Below are positions 13,170 to 26,449 of a DNA stretch of 64,000 nucleotides, piece by piece. The notes beneath the pieces are model-generated. The model was not told where the DNA came from. It made no database searches and worked only from the letters and a program-made list of their open reading frames with translations. The position numbers and the translations under genes were made by a program. Every line of letters begins with the position of its first letter. The stretch's first letter is position 1. The DNA is from Lama glama (Eukaryota), in assembly GCA_028534125.1 (NCBI GenBank), contig CM052818.1:5582001-5646000 (forward strand). The letters run 5' to 3'.

Positions 13170-13590
13170 GTTTTAATATGGAAAACTGTATGAACAATAC
13201 AGAATACCTCTGGGACCACCACCCAGCTTAAAAAATTAGCTAGTACAAGATTAGTTCCTCGTGTACCCCTCCAAATGCATTTCTCTCCAAACCCCCATCA
13301 GAGGGGAACCAGATTCTGAATTTAGAGATTATCGTCCTGAAGCATAGTTTTAGACTTTTATACATATGCAAATTTCCTTAGATCACATACAGGACTATTT
13401 TGCATATATAAAATTTTTGCGTAAGTAGTATCATACATACTGTCTGTATGATTTCTGGTTTTTTACTCCATGCTTTTTAAGAGCTATCCACTTTGATCCA
13501 TGGTGTTCCAGTTTATCCATTTTTCAAGGTCACATATTATTCTGCTGTAGGACTATACCACGCTGTAGACATTCATTGAAAGCCTGATGC
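13170..13590 (-). mobile_element. Old L1M (L1ME-like) 3' fragment
   Basis: 'ggaccaccacccagcttaa...gaggggaaccagattctgaattt...gagctatccactttgat...gtttatccattttt' resembles an antisense old L1 3' region. Confidence 0.55.
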
Positions 13591-14803
13591 TCAAAAGAGG
13601 AGAAAACCTTTGTATCGTGGGGGAGAAAAGGACAGTCAGGTAAAACTGATCCTCCAGTTACGCACATCATGGCTCGGCTGCCCTGGCACTTCCCTCCTTG
13701 CTGAGCAGAAACGCTATCTGGGTAAGTAGCCGAGGCAGAACTGCTAAAAGAAAAAAATGAACAGAATAAACGACAGGTGGTGACAGCCGAGTACCCCTGG
13801 CCTGTCCCTGGGGTAGTGGCCTCCTTCACTGCACCAGGGATGCAGAATAACTCCTGCCAGAGGCCACAGATCAGCTAACTGGACATCGTGCCGTCACCTA
13901 TCAGAATGCAATTTGTTTCTCCCGAAAAATCATTTATTTTATCATTTTGTTAAAACTATGTACTTAGAGTCACGCATCCTTCCAAACACCCACAGGGTCA
14001 TAAAACCTCCCCGGAACATCCTTTTTGCTCTGTTCAGTAACTGATCAAAAGGAAGATCGGTCACCTGTCAAAGGCAAGCCCTAAGATGAGCAGTTGCCCT
14101 GCCCCTCTAGCCCCGGCTGCGCAGATCTGCCTGTCTTGACATTCAGAGTAGCAAGTGGGATGATGAGGAAAGAGCCATGAGCTAAAGGAGGAGCCCAGGA
14201 ACCTCACTGACCCCGGTGGGTTCTCTTCAATCTGGTTGTATAAAAACAGAACTCCTTGCTGCCGGGTACCTGCAGCCAAAGATGTGGGTCTGCGGCCCCG
14301 TCCTGCAGCACTCTGAGGAGGCTGGGCTAAGGAAGTGGGTTCGCTGTGATAAGAAAAGCCTGAGGGGTCTGGCCCCCAGGAGTGGGAGCCAGAAAGAACC
14401 AGGTGCCTGGAGGGCAAGGTCTTAATGCTGACAAGGGTGGGGCTCCTTGTTGACACTCAGAGGGAAGAAGAAACCCACTGACACCAGTGAAAGGTGCGTC
14501 CCTGAAACAAGAGAAATGTGAAGAGTGACCCAGCAGTGAGGTTGCCATGCAGATCAGTCCATCCTTCAGTTCTACACCTCCCTGTCAGTGACCCATATTT
14601 TGAAAAATTTTAAAAAAGGCTCTCATTCACACAAAGCCCCTATTTAAAAACCACATAAATTTATACCATGGAATACTATTCAGCAATGAAAAAGTCCAAA
14701 ATATTGTTACACAAAGGTTCATTCTACGATGAATCTCCAAATCATTAAAATTCCTCCCTCTGAAATCTTACTTAAGAATTTTTGGAAGCTTAACCATTTT
14801 CAC

Positions 14804-14927
14804 TTTTTTTTTTTGCGAGGGGAGTAATTAGGTTTATTTATTTATTGTAATGGAGGCACTGATGATTGAACCCAGAACCTCGTGCATGCTAAGCAGATAC
14901 TTTACCACTGAGCTATAACCTCCCCCC
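14804..14927 (-). mobile_element. tRNA-Ala-derived SINE (Vic-1-like), long-tail form
   Basis: 'gtaattaggtttatttattt...gattgaacccagaacctcgtgcatgctaagc...accactgagctata'. Confidence 0.9.
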
Positions 14928-15807
14928 GACATTGTTATGTATTAAAATAACCTTTTTACACACACATACACACACACAAAACAAAAAAACAAAAACCACA
15001 GACACACAGAAGAGAAAAACCAAAAATCTATATGCTCCTCATTTGACCAAAGTTAGTAGTTCTTCCTGCCTCTTAATGTCCTTTCCATGCATACTTGTAA
15101 CTATTCTAATTGGATGGATCATCAAATTTCAAGAAAGACACACAACATAAACAGACTATTCATACTTGCCTTGAAGCTTCTACTTCCAAGATAAGTAATA
15201 TAACATGGTTACTAATGTGCCTAGTAAATCTAGACTGGAATGACATCACTTGAAACCTGGCTACAGAAAGACAAGTCAAGATTCTGAATGTTTGCTTTGT
15301 ACAGAGAGCACTGTGCTAGGTTCAAAAGGGATTCGTGGCGTATTCTAAGAAAAGCAAGGTACAGGAGGGACTTGGTGCCATTCCACTCAGTTATTTATGG
15401 CAAAGCAAATGCTGGAGCCTGCGTCCTGTCCTGTCTTGCTGTGTTACCATATATGATGAAACCTGGAGCTGAGATGGGGATCTCTGTAAGAGTCCAGGCA
15501 TCAAGCAGCAGTTGCCTTCCCCAGATTCTTAAGAGTACATCCTGCTTCTTCAAGAGGATGCCCTTGTTCATTTCCGAGTGCAAGTGACAGAGAGTGAACA
15601 GTTTATCTACCGTGATGGCGACAGATCAGACAGCCTCCAAGACCAAGGCCAGCAAGGGCTGACAAAGAAGAAAAGGAAGCAGGACAAAGAGTCTCACTCA
15701 GGAAATCTCAGCAAGGGTGAGAGGAAGGCGTTACGCCATGTCGGCAGGCTTTTACGAGACTTCAAGCTCCACCTTCTAGGGGCCTCTACAAGGAAGCTTC
15801 AATAGCC

Positions 15808-15920
15808 TTTCTTCATTCCACTCATCCAACAAATACTTAGAGTGCTCATTATGGGACAAGGGCTTTTCCAGGTGCCAGATGTACTGGGATGAACACACTG
15901 GCGCGTGCTCTGACCCCTCC
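15808..15920 (-). mobile_element. L2 LINE 3' end
   Basis: 'ttcattccactcatccaacaaatacttagagtgc...ccaggtgc' is typical of an antisense L2 terminus. Confidence 0.6.
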
Positions 15921-16536
15921 CCACGTCCGTTACTTCACGCTCTACCTCTCCCCCCTCAAACAACTTCTGTGGTCTCAGTGGAGTTAGCTTCAGCCATCTA
16001 CCAGCAGGGAAAGGACTTGGGTTGACCAATGCTCCTCCATTGTCAGAATAAATGACAGTCTGATAAGATGGCATTCTCCTCTTAAACGCACACATGCACG
16101 CACACACGCACACATAACTATTTGCATTTAAAAAGCTAATTCTTGTTAGCCCAGATGATCCTTCAGTTGTGGGACTTCAGGTAGATGACAAACAGAAGTC
16201 AGACTAAGGGTCTGGAGAGCAGAGGTGGCAGAGGAATTGACAAACAGAAGGGTGTCTGGGGGTTGGCCCCTGGGATTAGCATCTCAGATGTGCTTTTCAC
16301 TGCTTTTCATTACTTCTTCCTTTAATCTTCATCTGAATCCAACATTTAAAAAAAAAATCTGCCAGATTTTATGTGAGGGAGGAGGGTGAAATGAAGGCAA
16401 GGAAGTTCTGCCCCCAAGTAAGGCAAAGAGGACAATGATCAATGTTTGTATGTGCATCATATTTAGAGTGGAGGTTTTTAGGTTAGAAATGGACCAACTA
16501 GAAATTTTTTTAAACTTCAATTTTCTAGGAACTTCT

Positions 16537-16923
16537 TGGGGACTGAAGGTTTGTGTCCCTCCCAAATTCATATGTGGACACCCTACTTCCCCGTGTGCTG
16601 ATATCTGGAGACAGGACCTAAGAGGGGGTCATTACGCTTAGATGAGGTCATGAGGGTGGGGCCTTCATGGCGGGATTAGTGGCCTTACAAGAAGTGACAC
16701 CAGAGAGGCCTTTCTCTCTCTCTCTCTGTTACAAAGAAGAGGTCACGTGCACACACAGCAAGACAGCAGCCTCCTACCAGCCAAGAGGAGAGGCCTCAGA
16801 ATGAAACTCACCTTGCTGGCACCTTGATCTTGGACCTCCCAGCCTCCAGAGTTGTGAGAAATAAATCTCTATTGTCTAAGCCACCCAGTCTATGGCTCTT
16901 TGCTGTGCAGCCTGAGCTAATAT
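16537..16923 (+). mobile_element. MaLR solo LTR (MLT1A-like)
   Basis: 'ggactgaaggtttgtgtccctcccaaattcatatgt...agatgaggtcatgagggtggggcc...tgctggcaccttgatcttggac...tgtgagaaataaat...aagccacccagtctatgg'. Confidence 0.88.
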
Positions 16924-17155
16924 GCCCCTATTCTATATCCCTAAGTCAGAAATAATAATTTGATATGATTCTCGAATATATCATTAAACTTCCCCTTCAT
17001 TCTTTCTCTTTCTCTCTCTCTCTCACACACACATAGAAGCTAAGAAAAGACTACTTAAATAAAACTGCTAAAATAGAATAGATTTTTAAAGTATGCTTTG
17101 CATACCATATATAGCTTGAATTGAAAAGTAAATAGGTCAGAATAAAAAAGACTTC

Positions 17156-17280
17156 TTTTTCTGGAGGGGATTGGTAATTAGGTTATTTGTTTATTAATTT
17201 ATTAATGGAGGTGCTGGGGATTGAACCCAAGACCTTGTGCATGCTAAGCAGGTGCTGTACCACTGAGCTATGCCCTTCCA
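17156..17280 (-). mobile_element. tRNA-Ala-derived SINE (Vic-1-like), long-tail form
   Basis: 'ggtaattaggttattt...atggaggtgctggggattgaacccaagaccttgtgcatgctaagc...accactgagctat'. Confidence 0.9.
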
Positions 17281-18269
17281 CACCCACCCCACCCCAGAAG
17301 AAGGCATCTTTTCTGATTGCTTTCGGTTGTCTTTCATGATGAGTCCTTATGAAGCTCACGTGAATAAGGATGTACCAGCCTATCTTTAATACTCCCTCTT
17401 CCGCTTTTTCCATTGATTAGAATTTGCCAAGGCTACTTGAGCCTCTCCAGTACTTAAGCTGGCTCAGTGGGGGTTTTTCCCCCCAAGCCTGGTGCTGACT
17501 GTCTCACAGTGAACCCCAGCAAGCAGATGCCGGGATGGCTGAGTTGAGCTGTGTGGACTGGGGACCAGGTTCAGACACTGAGGAACTCATTTATCTTCCA
17601 CAGGAACTGCCCCCCGCACCTCCATAACCAACTACTTAACCCATCAAATCTCAGAGCTGCCAAAGCCGCTCTCCTCCTGGGACTGTGAACACCTCCAGTC
17701 AGAGTCACAAAGCTTTTCAAACTAACAGACTCGCGATTGGCTTAAACTGCTAAAACCTGACTATCTTTAGATTCAGTTTTCTCACTTAAATCACTCGTCA
17801 TTCTATATATACGGTTAAAGAATGGGAACTGGAGATAAAAAATAAATGAGGGGTCACATTACTGCTGTGTTCATTTCTCAAGAGCTTCAGACTTCTCAGA
17901 TAGGGCAATAACATTGAAATAGACCTTATTTCCACAGGCTCCAGAGACGGATGTTAAATTTTATAATCAAGAAAATTTTTTACTTGAACAGGAATCCGGG
18001 AATTTAAAGGAGCTCTGGAAATGCTAATGGGAAAGACTGGCTGTATTAACATCGTTAGGAATTCCTGTGCCTTTAATGCCATTCTGAAATATGCTGAACC
18101 ACGTGAAAAGAGTTTGAATAACCTATTTTTGTCTTCACTCACCATGTGTTTGGAGTCTTAAGTCACCAGTGATTGGTTATGCTTCTCCATTCTTTTTTTT
18201 TTTTTTTTGTCAACTTCATTCAATCGGTCACAAACACTTATTGCTGGCTAAGATGTATGGGCAAGAGGG

Positions 18270-18790
18270 GCAAGAATATTGATTGCAAAATGGTTAATCA
18301 TATCAAAGACTAGAAAGAACCTAACTGTTCCTCCATAGGGAGTTGATTAAAGAAGCCATGGTCCATCTGTAAAGTGGAATATTATGCATCAGTTAAAAGA
18401 GAAGAGGTAGAATTCAATGTCTTGATGTGGGGAAATATGGCCTTGCTATATGGTTAAGGGTGAAAGTGAAGAAGATTAGAGAAATAGCATTTCTTGGATG
18501 GAGGGTGTAGCTCAGTGGTAGAGTGCATGCTTAGCATGCACAAGGTCCTGGGTTCAATCCCCAGTACCTCCATTAATAAATAAATAAATCTTATTACCTC
18601 CCTTCACCCCACCCCCCAAAAAGAAATGGCATTTCTAGGGGGATACTTTTAAATTAAATCATGTGTGTATGTGTGTGCACATATGCATATTTCTATGAGT
18701 CTAGAAAATACACACCAATTTAACTTAATGGTGGTTGTCTCTTGGGTACTACTGGCTGAGATTTCTACTATTTGAATTTTTTACAGTAAG
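18270..18790 (+). mobile_element. Old L1M fragment interrupted by a SINE
   Basis: 'aacctaactgttcctccataggg...tggtccatctgtaaagtggaatattatgcatcagttaaaa' and 'tctagaaaatacacaccaa...gtggttgtctct'. Confidence 0.6.
18496..18621 (+). mobile_element. tRNA-Ala-derived SINE (Vic-1-like), long-tail form
   Basis: Near-consensus head 'gtagctcagtggtagagtgcatgcttagcatgcacaaggtcctgggttcaatcccc'; TSD agaaatagcatttct (18480-18494) / agaaatggcatttct (18622-18636). Confidence 0.92.
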
Positions 18791-18834
18791 CTAATCCATC
18801 AATCTCTTCAGCACATAGTTGAAGTTTCTTGTCT

Positions 18835-19175
18835 TGGGAGCCCATGGAAGAATTATACACACCAGGACCCCTTGTGGTCGGCTGACACCATGTGATTGAT
18901 TCTGTCTAATGAATTGTAAGCAAAAAATGGCTTGTGTCACCTCTAGGCTGGAACGTTTAATTGCTGGTGCAGAATCGTCCAGAACACTTTCCTTCTGCTG
19001 TGAAACCCAGCAATATTTGAGACAGTAGCTGCTCCATCTGCCTAAATCCTGAAATGAGTGGAGCCCCCAGCCAGCCCACGATGGCCATGTCTTAAGAACA
19101 AAAATAAACTCTTGTTATTATGAACCTTTATTTGGGAATTTTCTTAATGAAGAATGATCTGCTCCCTCCTGTGCT
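18835..19175 (+). mobile_element. MaLR LTR (MLT1I/J-like)
   Basis: 'ccatgtgattgattctgtctaatgaattgtaagc...tgtgtcacctctaggctggaacgtttaattgc...gctgctccatctgcct...aaataaactcttgtt'. Confidence 0.7.
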
Positions 19176-19384
19176 AGTATAAGGAAGCATATCTTAATTT
19201 TCTCTTTAAAATAAAGATGTCACTCTGCTGAAAAGCAGTGTGTGACTTGAAAGATGCCTGTCGCGGTACACTGAACAAACCTTGCAGTTGAGATCAGATC
19301 AACACCATAAGGAAAAGCAAAACATTGAGAGGATTATAACACCCTTCTGTGACATAGCTATTTCAGATGCAGAAATACTTGTCT

Positions 19385-19700
19385 CGGAGGGCATTATGCT
19401 AAGTGAAATAAATCAGACAAAGACAAATACTATATGATATCACTTACATGTGGAATCTAAAAAATACAACAAACTAGTGAATATAACAAAAAAGAAGCAG
19501 CATCAGAGATGGAGAGAATAAACCAGTGGTTGCCAAGGGAGGGGAAGGGGCCGTATGAGGGTAGGGACATGGGAGGTACAAACTGTTGGGTGTAAGACAG
19601 GTTCAAGGATACATTGTACAGCAAAAGGAATACAGCCAATATTTTGTCATAATTGTAAATAGAAAGTAACCTTTAAAAATTGTATTACAATTTTTTTTAA
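19385..19700 (+). mobile_element. L1 3' fragment, intermediate-age family
   Basis: 'ggagggcattatgctaagtgaaataaatcagac...tggaatctaaaaaatacaacaaactagtgaatat...gccaatattttgtcataattgtaaat'; homologous to 10869-11566. Confidence 0.88.
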
Positions 19701-19875
19701 AATCAAAGAGTTTTAGAGTTGAAAAGAGATCATTTGATCAATTTTTATTGGCCTAAGCTCAAAAAGCTAGATTTGTGCAGAATTCGCTGGGTTATTATTA
19801 ATCGGAAGAGAAATCCACTGCGTTGAAGTAGACAGATGCATTAGGATCAATAGTAAGTATTTAAATGTATTTGGT

Positions 19876-20105
19876 GCAAAGGTTAACCACTACATATAAA
19901 AACAGATTTAAAAAAAAAAACAAGTTTCTTCTGTAGAGCACAGGGAACTATATTCAATGTCTTGGAGTGAACTTTAATGAAAAAATGAAAACGAATATAT
20001 GTATATATATGCATGACTGGGACATCATGCTGTACACCAGAGATTGACACATTGTAACTGACTGCACTTCAATAAAAAAATTCTAAACAAATTAAAATAA
20101 ATTAA
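19876..20105 (+). mobile_element. Younger L1 3'UTR end
   Basis: 'agcacagggaactatattcaat...gctgtacaccagagattgacacattgtaactgactgcacttcaataaaa'; degenerate TSD 'taaatgtatttggt'/'taactgtatttagt'. Confidence 0.88.
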
Positions 20106-20949
20106 AATAACTGTATTTAGTTAGAGGATTTATAAAGGAATAACTAGATGATTCTACTTAACTACATTAATAGAAGTAAAATATATTCAGTTGATGACTA
20201 TTGGTATTTCAAGAGGATATAATGTTTGTAAAACAGTCTCTTTTTGTGTGTGTGTGTGTGCACGTCTGTCCGTCTGTTTGTCCTTCCCTTCCTGTCTCTC
20301 CTGTCTTTTGATGCCTCAGGCAGCTGGCAGCTTCAGCCACACGCTAACTTGGCTTCCCACAGCCCGCATCCAAAGCAAAGACCCCTGAATTCCTTCACAT
20401 GGGCTTGTCACAACCCACACAACTCTTGTCCTGAGCCTCTCCCCTCCCATGACCCCTTTCAAATGAGACACTTTTTTTTGTTCCTTCCTGAGGTTCAGGC
20501 GCAGAGCCAGAAAATGGATCACAGCCATCTATTTCTTCTCACAGAACAATCCAGGCACATTGTTTCTCTGGTGATTTGCACTGAAACCCCGGAGGCTTAA
20601 GAATTACCTTACAATGGGCAAAACTGTCACTGATGGGTTAAGTTGGAATGAACTATAAAAGTTGAGTTTGTCTTAGAGGCTTTCCACTGCCCCAGCACCT
20701 CTTCCCCCTCCCTGGAGGGTTACCCCTTCCAGGCAATATGGATGCCAATTAATCCCTGCTGAAGTATTTATTAATTGATAGCAGCTTTGGGTAAGACCCT
20801 GTGGCTGATTTACATTTCGAAAGGTGACTCTTAAAGATCAAAAAGTCATTAAGAACCACATAAATTAAGCTCTCAGGTGGCCTAGCAGGCAGCAGAATGG
20901 TTATCTTTCAGCAGAATCTCCATCTTACTGCACCTTCAAATATTAAAAC

Positions 20950-21202
20950 ATATGGCTAACATTCACTGAGCACTTACTAAGTGCATCAAGCACTGTTCTG
21001 GACGCTGTGCATGTAGTAACTCATTTAACCTTCACAGTTAGCCTGGCAGGTAGTCACCGTTACCACTCTCATTTGAATGATGAGGAAAGTCAGACACAGA
21101 GAGGTTGAATCACTTCTCTTGGGTCACACAGGATGACTAGATCCAATTCTAGGCAGTGTGACCTCAGAGCCATGTACACGATCACTAGGCTGTACTGCCT
21201 CT
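20950..21202 (-). mobile_element. MIR SINE, near full length
   Basis: 'gctaacattcactgagcacttactaagtgc...ctcatttaaccttcaca...atgaggaaagtcagacacagagaggttgaatcactt...ggtcacacag'. Confidence 0.85.
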
Positions 21203-21280
21203 TGCATCACATCCTGGCCGGTTTGGAGAGCTGATAACATCTTCCGTTTCTTACGAGAAAACTATTTACTCCAGTGAGTT

Positions 21281-21384
21281 GTGTTTTTGTTTTTGTTTTT
21301 CTTTTAATGGCGGTCCTGGCGATTGAACCCAGGACCTCATGCATGCTAAGCATGCGCTCTACCACTGAGCATACCTACCCCTCC
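21281..21384 (-). mobile_element. tRNA-Ala-derived SINE (Vic-1-like), short-tail form
   Basis: 'gattgaacccaggacctcatgcatgctaagcatgcgctctaccactgagc'; TSD ctccagtgagtt (21269-21280) / ctccagtgattt (21385-21396). Confidence 0.92.
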
Positions 21385-22809
21385 CTCCAGTGATTTTTAA
21401 TTTGCCTTTCTTCCAGATCCATTATTATATGTGTCTATCAACACATAATAAAAATCGACTTTCTTTTCCTTAATTCATTGTCCTTTTTCCATGACATTTT
21501 TTGGGACTCATCACTCCTCCATCCTTGAACCCAAACTCTGTGGGTTCCCCACCCCAAAATGTGTTTCCATTTGTTCCCCATCTGGCTGAAATTCCTTTTG
21601 AAGATGGAAGTTTAGGCTTCAAAGAAATCCTTGAACCTGTACCTTAGCGGATCTAGCCATCTCTTCCTGTCAACCATATTTTACTCCTTTAATCCCATTC
21701 AGGTCCCCCGGCTACTCCCTTATCTCCACAAACCTACCCTGAAGAAGAAACTTAGCCTAAAGCTAACCGGCCCCATAAAGGAAACAGGTAGGCTTCTGAT
21801 GGCCAGAAGGACCCTAAAGGCAAGTTCCGGTTGGTTTTCTTCCCAGCTCTTGAACACAGGCAGAGTGAAACCCCACCCACCGCCATTCCACTGATGGACT
21901 AAGGAAGAAGGAGCTTGTCACAAACAGAATTAGCGCTAAGTAATTTTCCCTTTCTTTACGTAAACAATTGCCTTTTAATATACAGCAGCCCTCGAGGTGT
22001 TCAGGTTACATGCTTATTTTAAGATCTTCTGTTTACTTTCTGATCTCCATAGGTCATTGACATCCCATTTAGCCCTAGTGACCCTGTTTATACAATTCTG
22101 ATAGAAATTAAAAAGTGTTCTTGGAGATAACATTAACATTCTTGATCTCCATAGACCACATAAGCAAACAATAGCCTTTGCTCAGCCCTGTATATACTTG
22201 TTCAAAAGCTTCCATAATGCAGACTCCAATATTCAGACGGAGAAAGTCTGATCAGATTTGCTTTCTGAATTTTTATTCTAAGTAGGATGAGACCCTTGTT
22301 TATGTAAACGTGAATGAAATATCTTACGGGACCTCTGGTAGAATGGAGTCATGATTGGATAGAGTATTTTAGGTTTTAATTAATAAGAGGCAAATCACTT
22401 ATAAAAACAGTAGGGATCTATCTTTATATCCTTATCTGAATTTAAAATGTATTTCCTTTTCACCTGAAACTCAGAAAGGATTGTTCCTCCTAAGCTTTTC
22501 GATTCTCTACCAAGGGTTGAGCGGGGTAACGTTTTGGGGATTGGCTTTCTTACTTTATTGTTTAATGAGACAGGCACATAGTTTCTATACTGAAAAAACA
22601 CTTTGAAGACTACTCCTTTATAAAGATGCATATTGATCTTGTGAATAATTGCAGATATTTCAAGAATCATATTTCTCATAGCTCTCTCTGTTCCTGTTCA
22701 TCCTTTATGAGTATACATTTCAACTAAATCCTCATCCTAACTATTTTTAATGAAAAACTGTTATACTCTTGGGCAAAGAAGCTAATCTTGGAACATAGGG
22801 AAATTAAAA

Positions 22810-23190
22810 GGCTTGTAATTTCTCTTCTTTTGGAAGTTTATCCTAAGGGAATAATTGGGCAAGTTTATAAGAAAGAGATGTACAGGGCATTGATTTCAGC
22901 ATAATTTACAAAAGCAAAAAAAAAAAAAAAAGGAAGCAACCTAAATGTACACCAATAAAAGGTTGTTTAAAAACTGAGGGAGCATAAAAACAATGTCATA
23001 CTTTGCAGCTATTAAAAATGGTAATGTGTATGAAAATGAATATATGTGTGTTCATGTATGACTGAAGCAATGTGCTGTACACCAGAAACTGACACAACAT
23101 TATAAGCTGACTATACTTCAATAAATAAAGAATGGTGATGTGGCTTCCCATTTATTGTTGGGAATAGATGCCCATGATATATTAAATTCA
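22810..23190 (+). mobile_element. Old L1M ORF2-end fragment interrupted by a younger L1
   Basis: 'gtaatttctcttcttttggaagtttatcctaaggga...ggaagcaacctaaatgtacaccaata...atactttgcagctattaaaaatg'. Confidence 0.6.
23029..23127 (+). mobile_element. Younger L1, ~100-bp 3' end
   Basis: L1 terminal motif; TSD aaaaatggtaatgtg (23014-23028) / aagaatggtgatgtg (23128-23142). Confidence 0.88.
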
Positions 23191-23299
23191 TTAGCCTATT
23201 TTTTAAAAAATTGCTTAGAATTAAGTAAACAAAGACTATGTGAATTGCCAGTGTGTATATGTGTGTGTGAAGAACATTGCTTAGCAATATGTATTCTGA

Positions 23300-23545
23300 A
23301 GGAAAAAAAAAATCTATGGGAATAAAAAAAAATCTTGGGTCAAATAAGTTTGAGAAACTCTATGTCTTACCTCCCTTTTCTGAGCACCATAGTACACTTC
23401 AACATATTAAGGGCATTGAGAAGTCCCACAGTAAAAGAAAACCTATTTAAGTGCATTGAAACCAAAATTTCCCAAACTTACTTTAGCATAAATACCTTCT
23501 TCCAATTGCCCCATAGAACAACTGTAAAGAACTTTGGGCAGTAGT
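23300..23545. mobile_element. Possible old hAT-Charlie non-autonomous DNA transposon (MER-type)
   Basis: 'ggtcaaataagtttgagaaac' and its imperfect inverse 'tttcccaaacttacttt', with 'gagaagtcccacagtaaaagaaacct' between; family not certain. Confidence 0.45.
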
Positions 23546-24167
23546 ATTAAAGATGATTTTGACCTTTGTTTTTTTGTGTATTTCCTAAACTATTTTGCAA
23601 TCAGTATGTATAGCATTTATAATTGGAAAAATAGAGTTAGTGAAAATTATTTTTAATTCTGTCAGGAAAAACACACATTGACAGAGAGATAGAGAGTCAG
23701 AAATATTTAGATACATTGCTGTAGGACATAGCAATGTATGAAATGACATTTAATGGGATAGATTCTGTTTAAAAAGAGAAATTAATATAAATTTTAAAAA
23801 GAAAAGAAAAAAGAGGAAAGGAGGAAGGAATAAGGAAAAAGAAAATAATTGGGAGAACACACACAGTCAAGTTTTACTGTTAATATCTCTATGTGGTTAG
23901 TGAAGGGCCATTTTTATTGTTTTACTTCTTTGTTTTAAACTCGTTCCTCATTAAGTATGTATTTCTTTTGCAATTAGAAAATTAACAATAAATTTTAGAA
24001 TTTTTTGGGGGGTGGATGTGGCACATGTGTATTTCCAACAAGAGAAAAAGAAACATACCAAAGCAAGACTTACCCCATAATCTCAATTTAAACTTATTCA
24101 TGATTGCTTTTATTTCTATTGTTAATACAAATTTTATCTTCCTCAAGTTAAATCTATTTTTAATCAA

Positions 24168-24720
24168 AATGGAAACAACCTAAATGTCCATTGACAGATG
24201 ATTGGATAAAGAAGCTGTGGTATATTTATACAATGGAATACTACTCAGCCATAAAAAAGAATAAAATAATGCCATTTGCAGCAACATGGATGGACCTGGA
24301 GATTGTCATACTAAGTGAAGTAAGCCAGAAAGAGAAAGAAAAGTACCATATGATATCATTCATATGTGGAATCTAAAAAAACAGCCAGAAATGAACTTAT
24401 TTACAAAACATAAATAGACTCTCAGACATAGAAAACAAACTTATGGTCACCAGCAGGAAAACGAAGTGGGGAAGGGATAAATTAGGAGTTTGAGATTTGC
24501 AAATATTAACTACTATACATAAAATAGATAAACAACGAGGTCCTACTGTATAGCACAGGGAACTATATTCAATATCTTGTAGTAACCTATAATGAAAAAG
24601 AATATGAAAAGGAATATATGTATGTATATGAATGATTGAAACATTATTGTGTATACTAGAAATTAACACAACATTCTAAACTGACTCTACTTCAATAACA
24701 AAATTAAAAATAAAAAATAA
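24168..24720 (+). mobile_element. Younger L1, 5'-truncated (ORF2 C-terminus and 3'UTR)
   Basis: ORF 24191-24376 '[59 protein letters not shown]' is the L1 ORF2p C-terminus; 3'UTR and A tail follow. Confidence 0.95.
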
Positions 24721-25584
24721 TAATCCCAAGTATTATCCGTTTGAATACTTCTCTCCTCTCTCTCAACGGTGCCTCTATTCTCCTCCACAAGCCTCCAGCT
24801 TGCTTTCTTTCAACATTTGGCTCCATCATAAAAACAATAAAGAATTCCTTTTCCTGCCCTTTGATTGCTTAGCCTTGGAATACCACCCAGAATGGACAGC
24901 AGACGTTACAGGTACTCAAGAGGAAAAGTCCTATCATGAAATCTCAACATGTTGGGCTTGTGAGAGTTTGGGAAATTAGCAGCAAAGTATCCATAGATTT
25001 CTTGAAAGAGACAAATTATAAACCTGTTGACAGTTCCTTATATTTATCCACATTATCCTCCCAAGGGAGAACAAGAGACCATATTTTACAAGCTATGAAT
25101 ATAGAGTAATAAGACTTTTAAAACAGATCTTGGCTTCCATACCAAATGAAAGTTGTCTTTCAGAAATTAATCTAAGGAAGTAATACATATTTCAGCAACG
25201 TTTCCCCTGCTAAAAACATCAAAAAAAAATCCTTTAAAGCGACATCATGGACGTAACAAAAAAACAAACAAAAAAATCAGTCCTGTTACTTCAACATTAC
25301 ACCTTATTTTAGACAAAGATACATCTAACTTATGCATTATATGTTAGCTCCAGTTGTGTTGGGGGTGTCTCCAAAAATAAGCCAACCACTGAAGAACAGT
25401 AAAGTGACTGCCAAGAGTATAAAAACAAACAATATACAGGAACAACAATGACAAAAGCCCTATCACAGACTGAGAAGTTTTCAAAGTATGAAATCCAGCC
25501 TCCTTTAAGAACTGATAGTATTGAAATTTGGCAGGAATAAATATTCATGGACATTAGGGAATCTGCAAGAGACTGATGTTTAAA

Positions 25585-25790
25585 ATTATATATATAATAT
25601 ATAATATATAAATATAACATATATTGATATAATTAATTAATTTATTTATAAATTAATATAATATCATAATATATAATATAATAAATATGTATAAATATAT
25701 ATAAGTATATAAATATGCTTATGTATATTATCTACCCCCTCAAAATATACATATATTTGACATATGACATATATATAGATAGATATACAT
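25585..25790. repeat. AT-rich low-complexity (TA/TAA) tract
   Basis: Almost entirely A/T degenerate 'tataata' units. Confidence 0.85.
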
Positions 25791-26449
25791 AATCCAGTCC
25801 CTAAAATTATATTTAGCTTTGAAATAGGACTAATACCAAATCAGACATTGACATACAGGTCCCTCTGCACCATGAGAAAATTTATTGAAACAGAAGCAAA
25901 AGTCAGTCATCCTATGTGCTAAAGCATGAAGCAATGATACTGAGGAGGAATCTCACATTTGCAGCCTTTGTGATGGAGAAACTCTGTGCATTAAAGCAGA
26001 ACATTCAAATGTTTAATTTAGAGCTCTGGAGGTATTCAATTCTGTGATTACGTAGAAACAAACTCTAACAAATGTATGGTACCCATATGCTTCCCTCCCT
26101 TTAAGCTTCGACCCCACTGGAATTAAGAGCTAAGTCTAGCTCTCTGGCAGAAGGTAGAAATATTTGTTTAGGAAGAAAGTTATGAGCCCCTAATATCAAA
26201 GAAGCTTTGAGACACTAACGTCTTGTTTGACATTGATATACGCTATTTTAACAAACAATTTCACGTTGACGTCATGCTTCTTCAAAGAATTTCCAAAGGG
26301 CTTTCCAATTTAACCAGAAGACATGGAAGTCAAAGTCTAAAAGCACCAATGATAGGAACGCTTGTTTAATATTTTCCAGAATAGCAACTGATACCCACCT
26401 TGCAAATAAGAAATACTCAGTTGTGAAGGAATGAACTCTTTGACTATTC

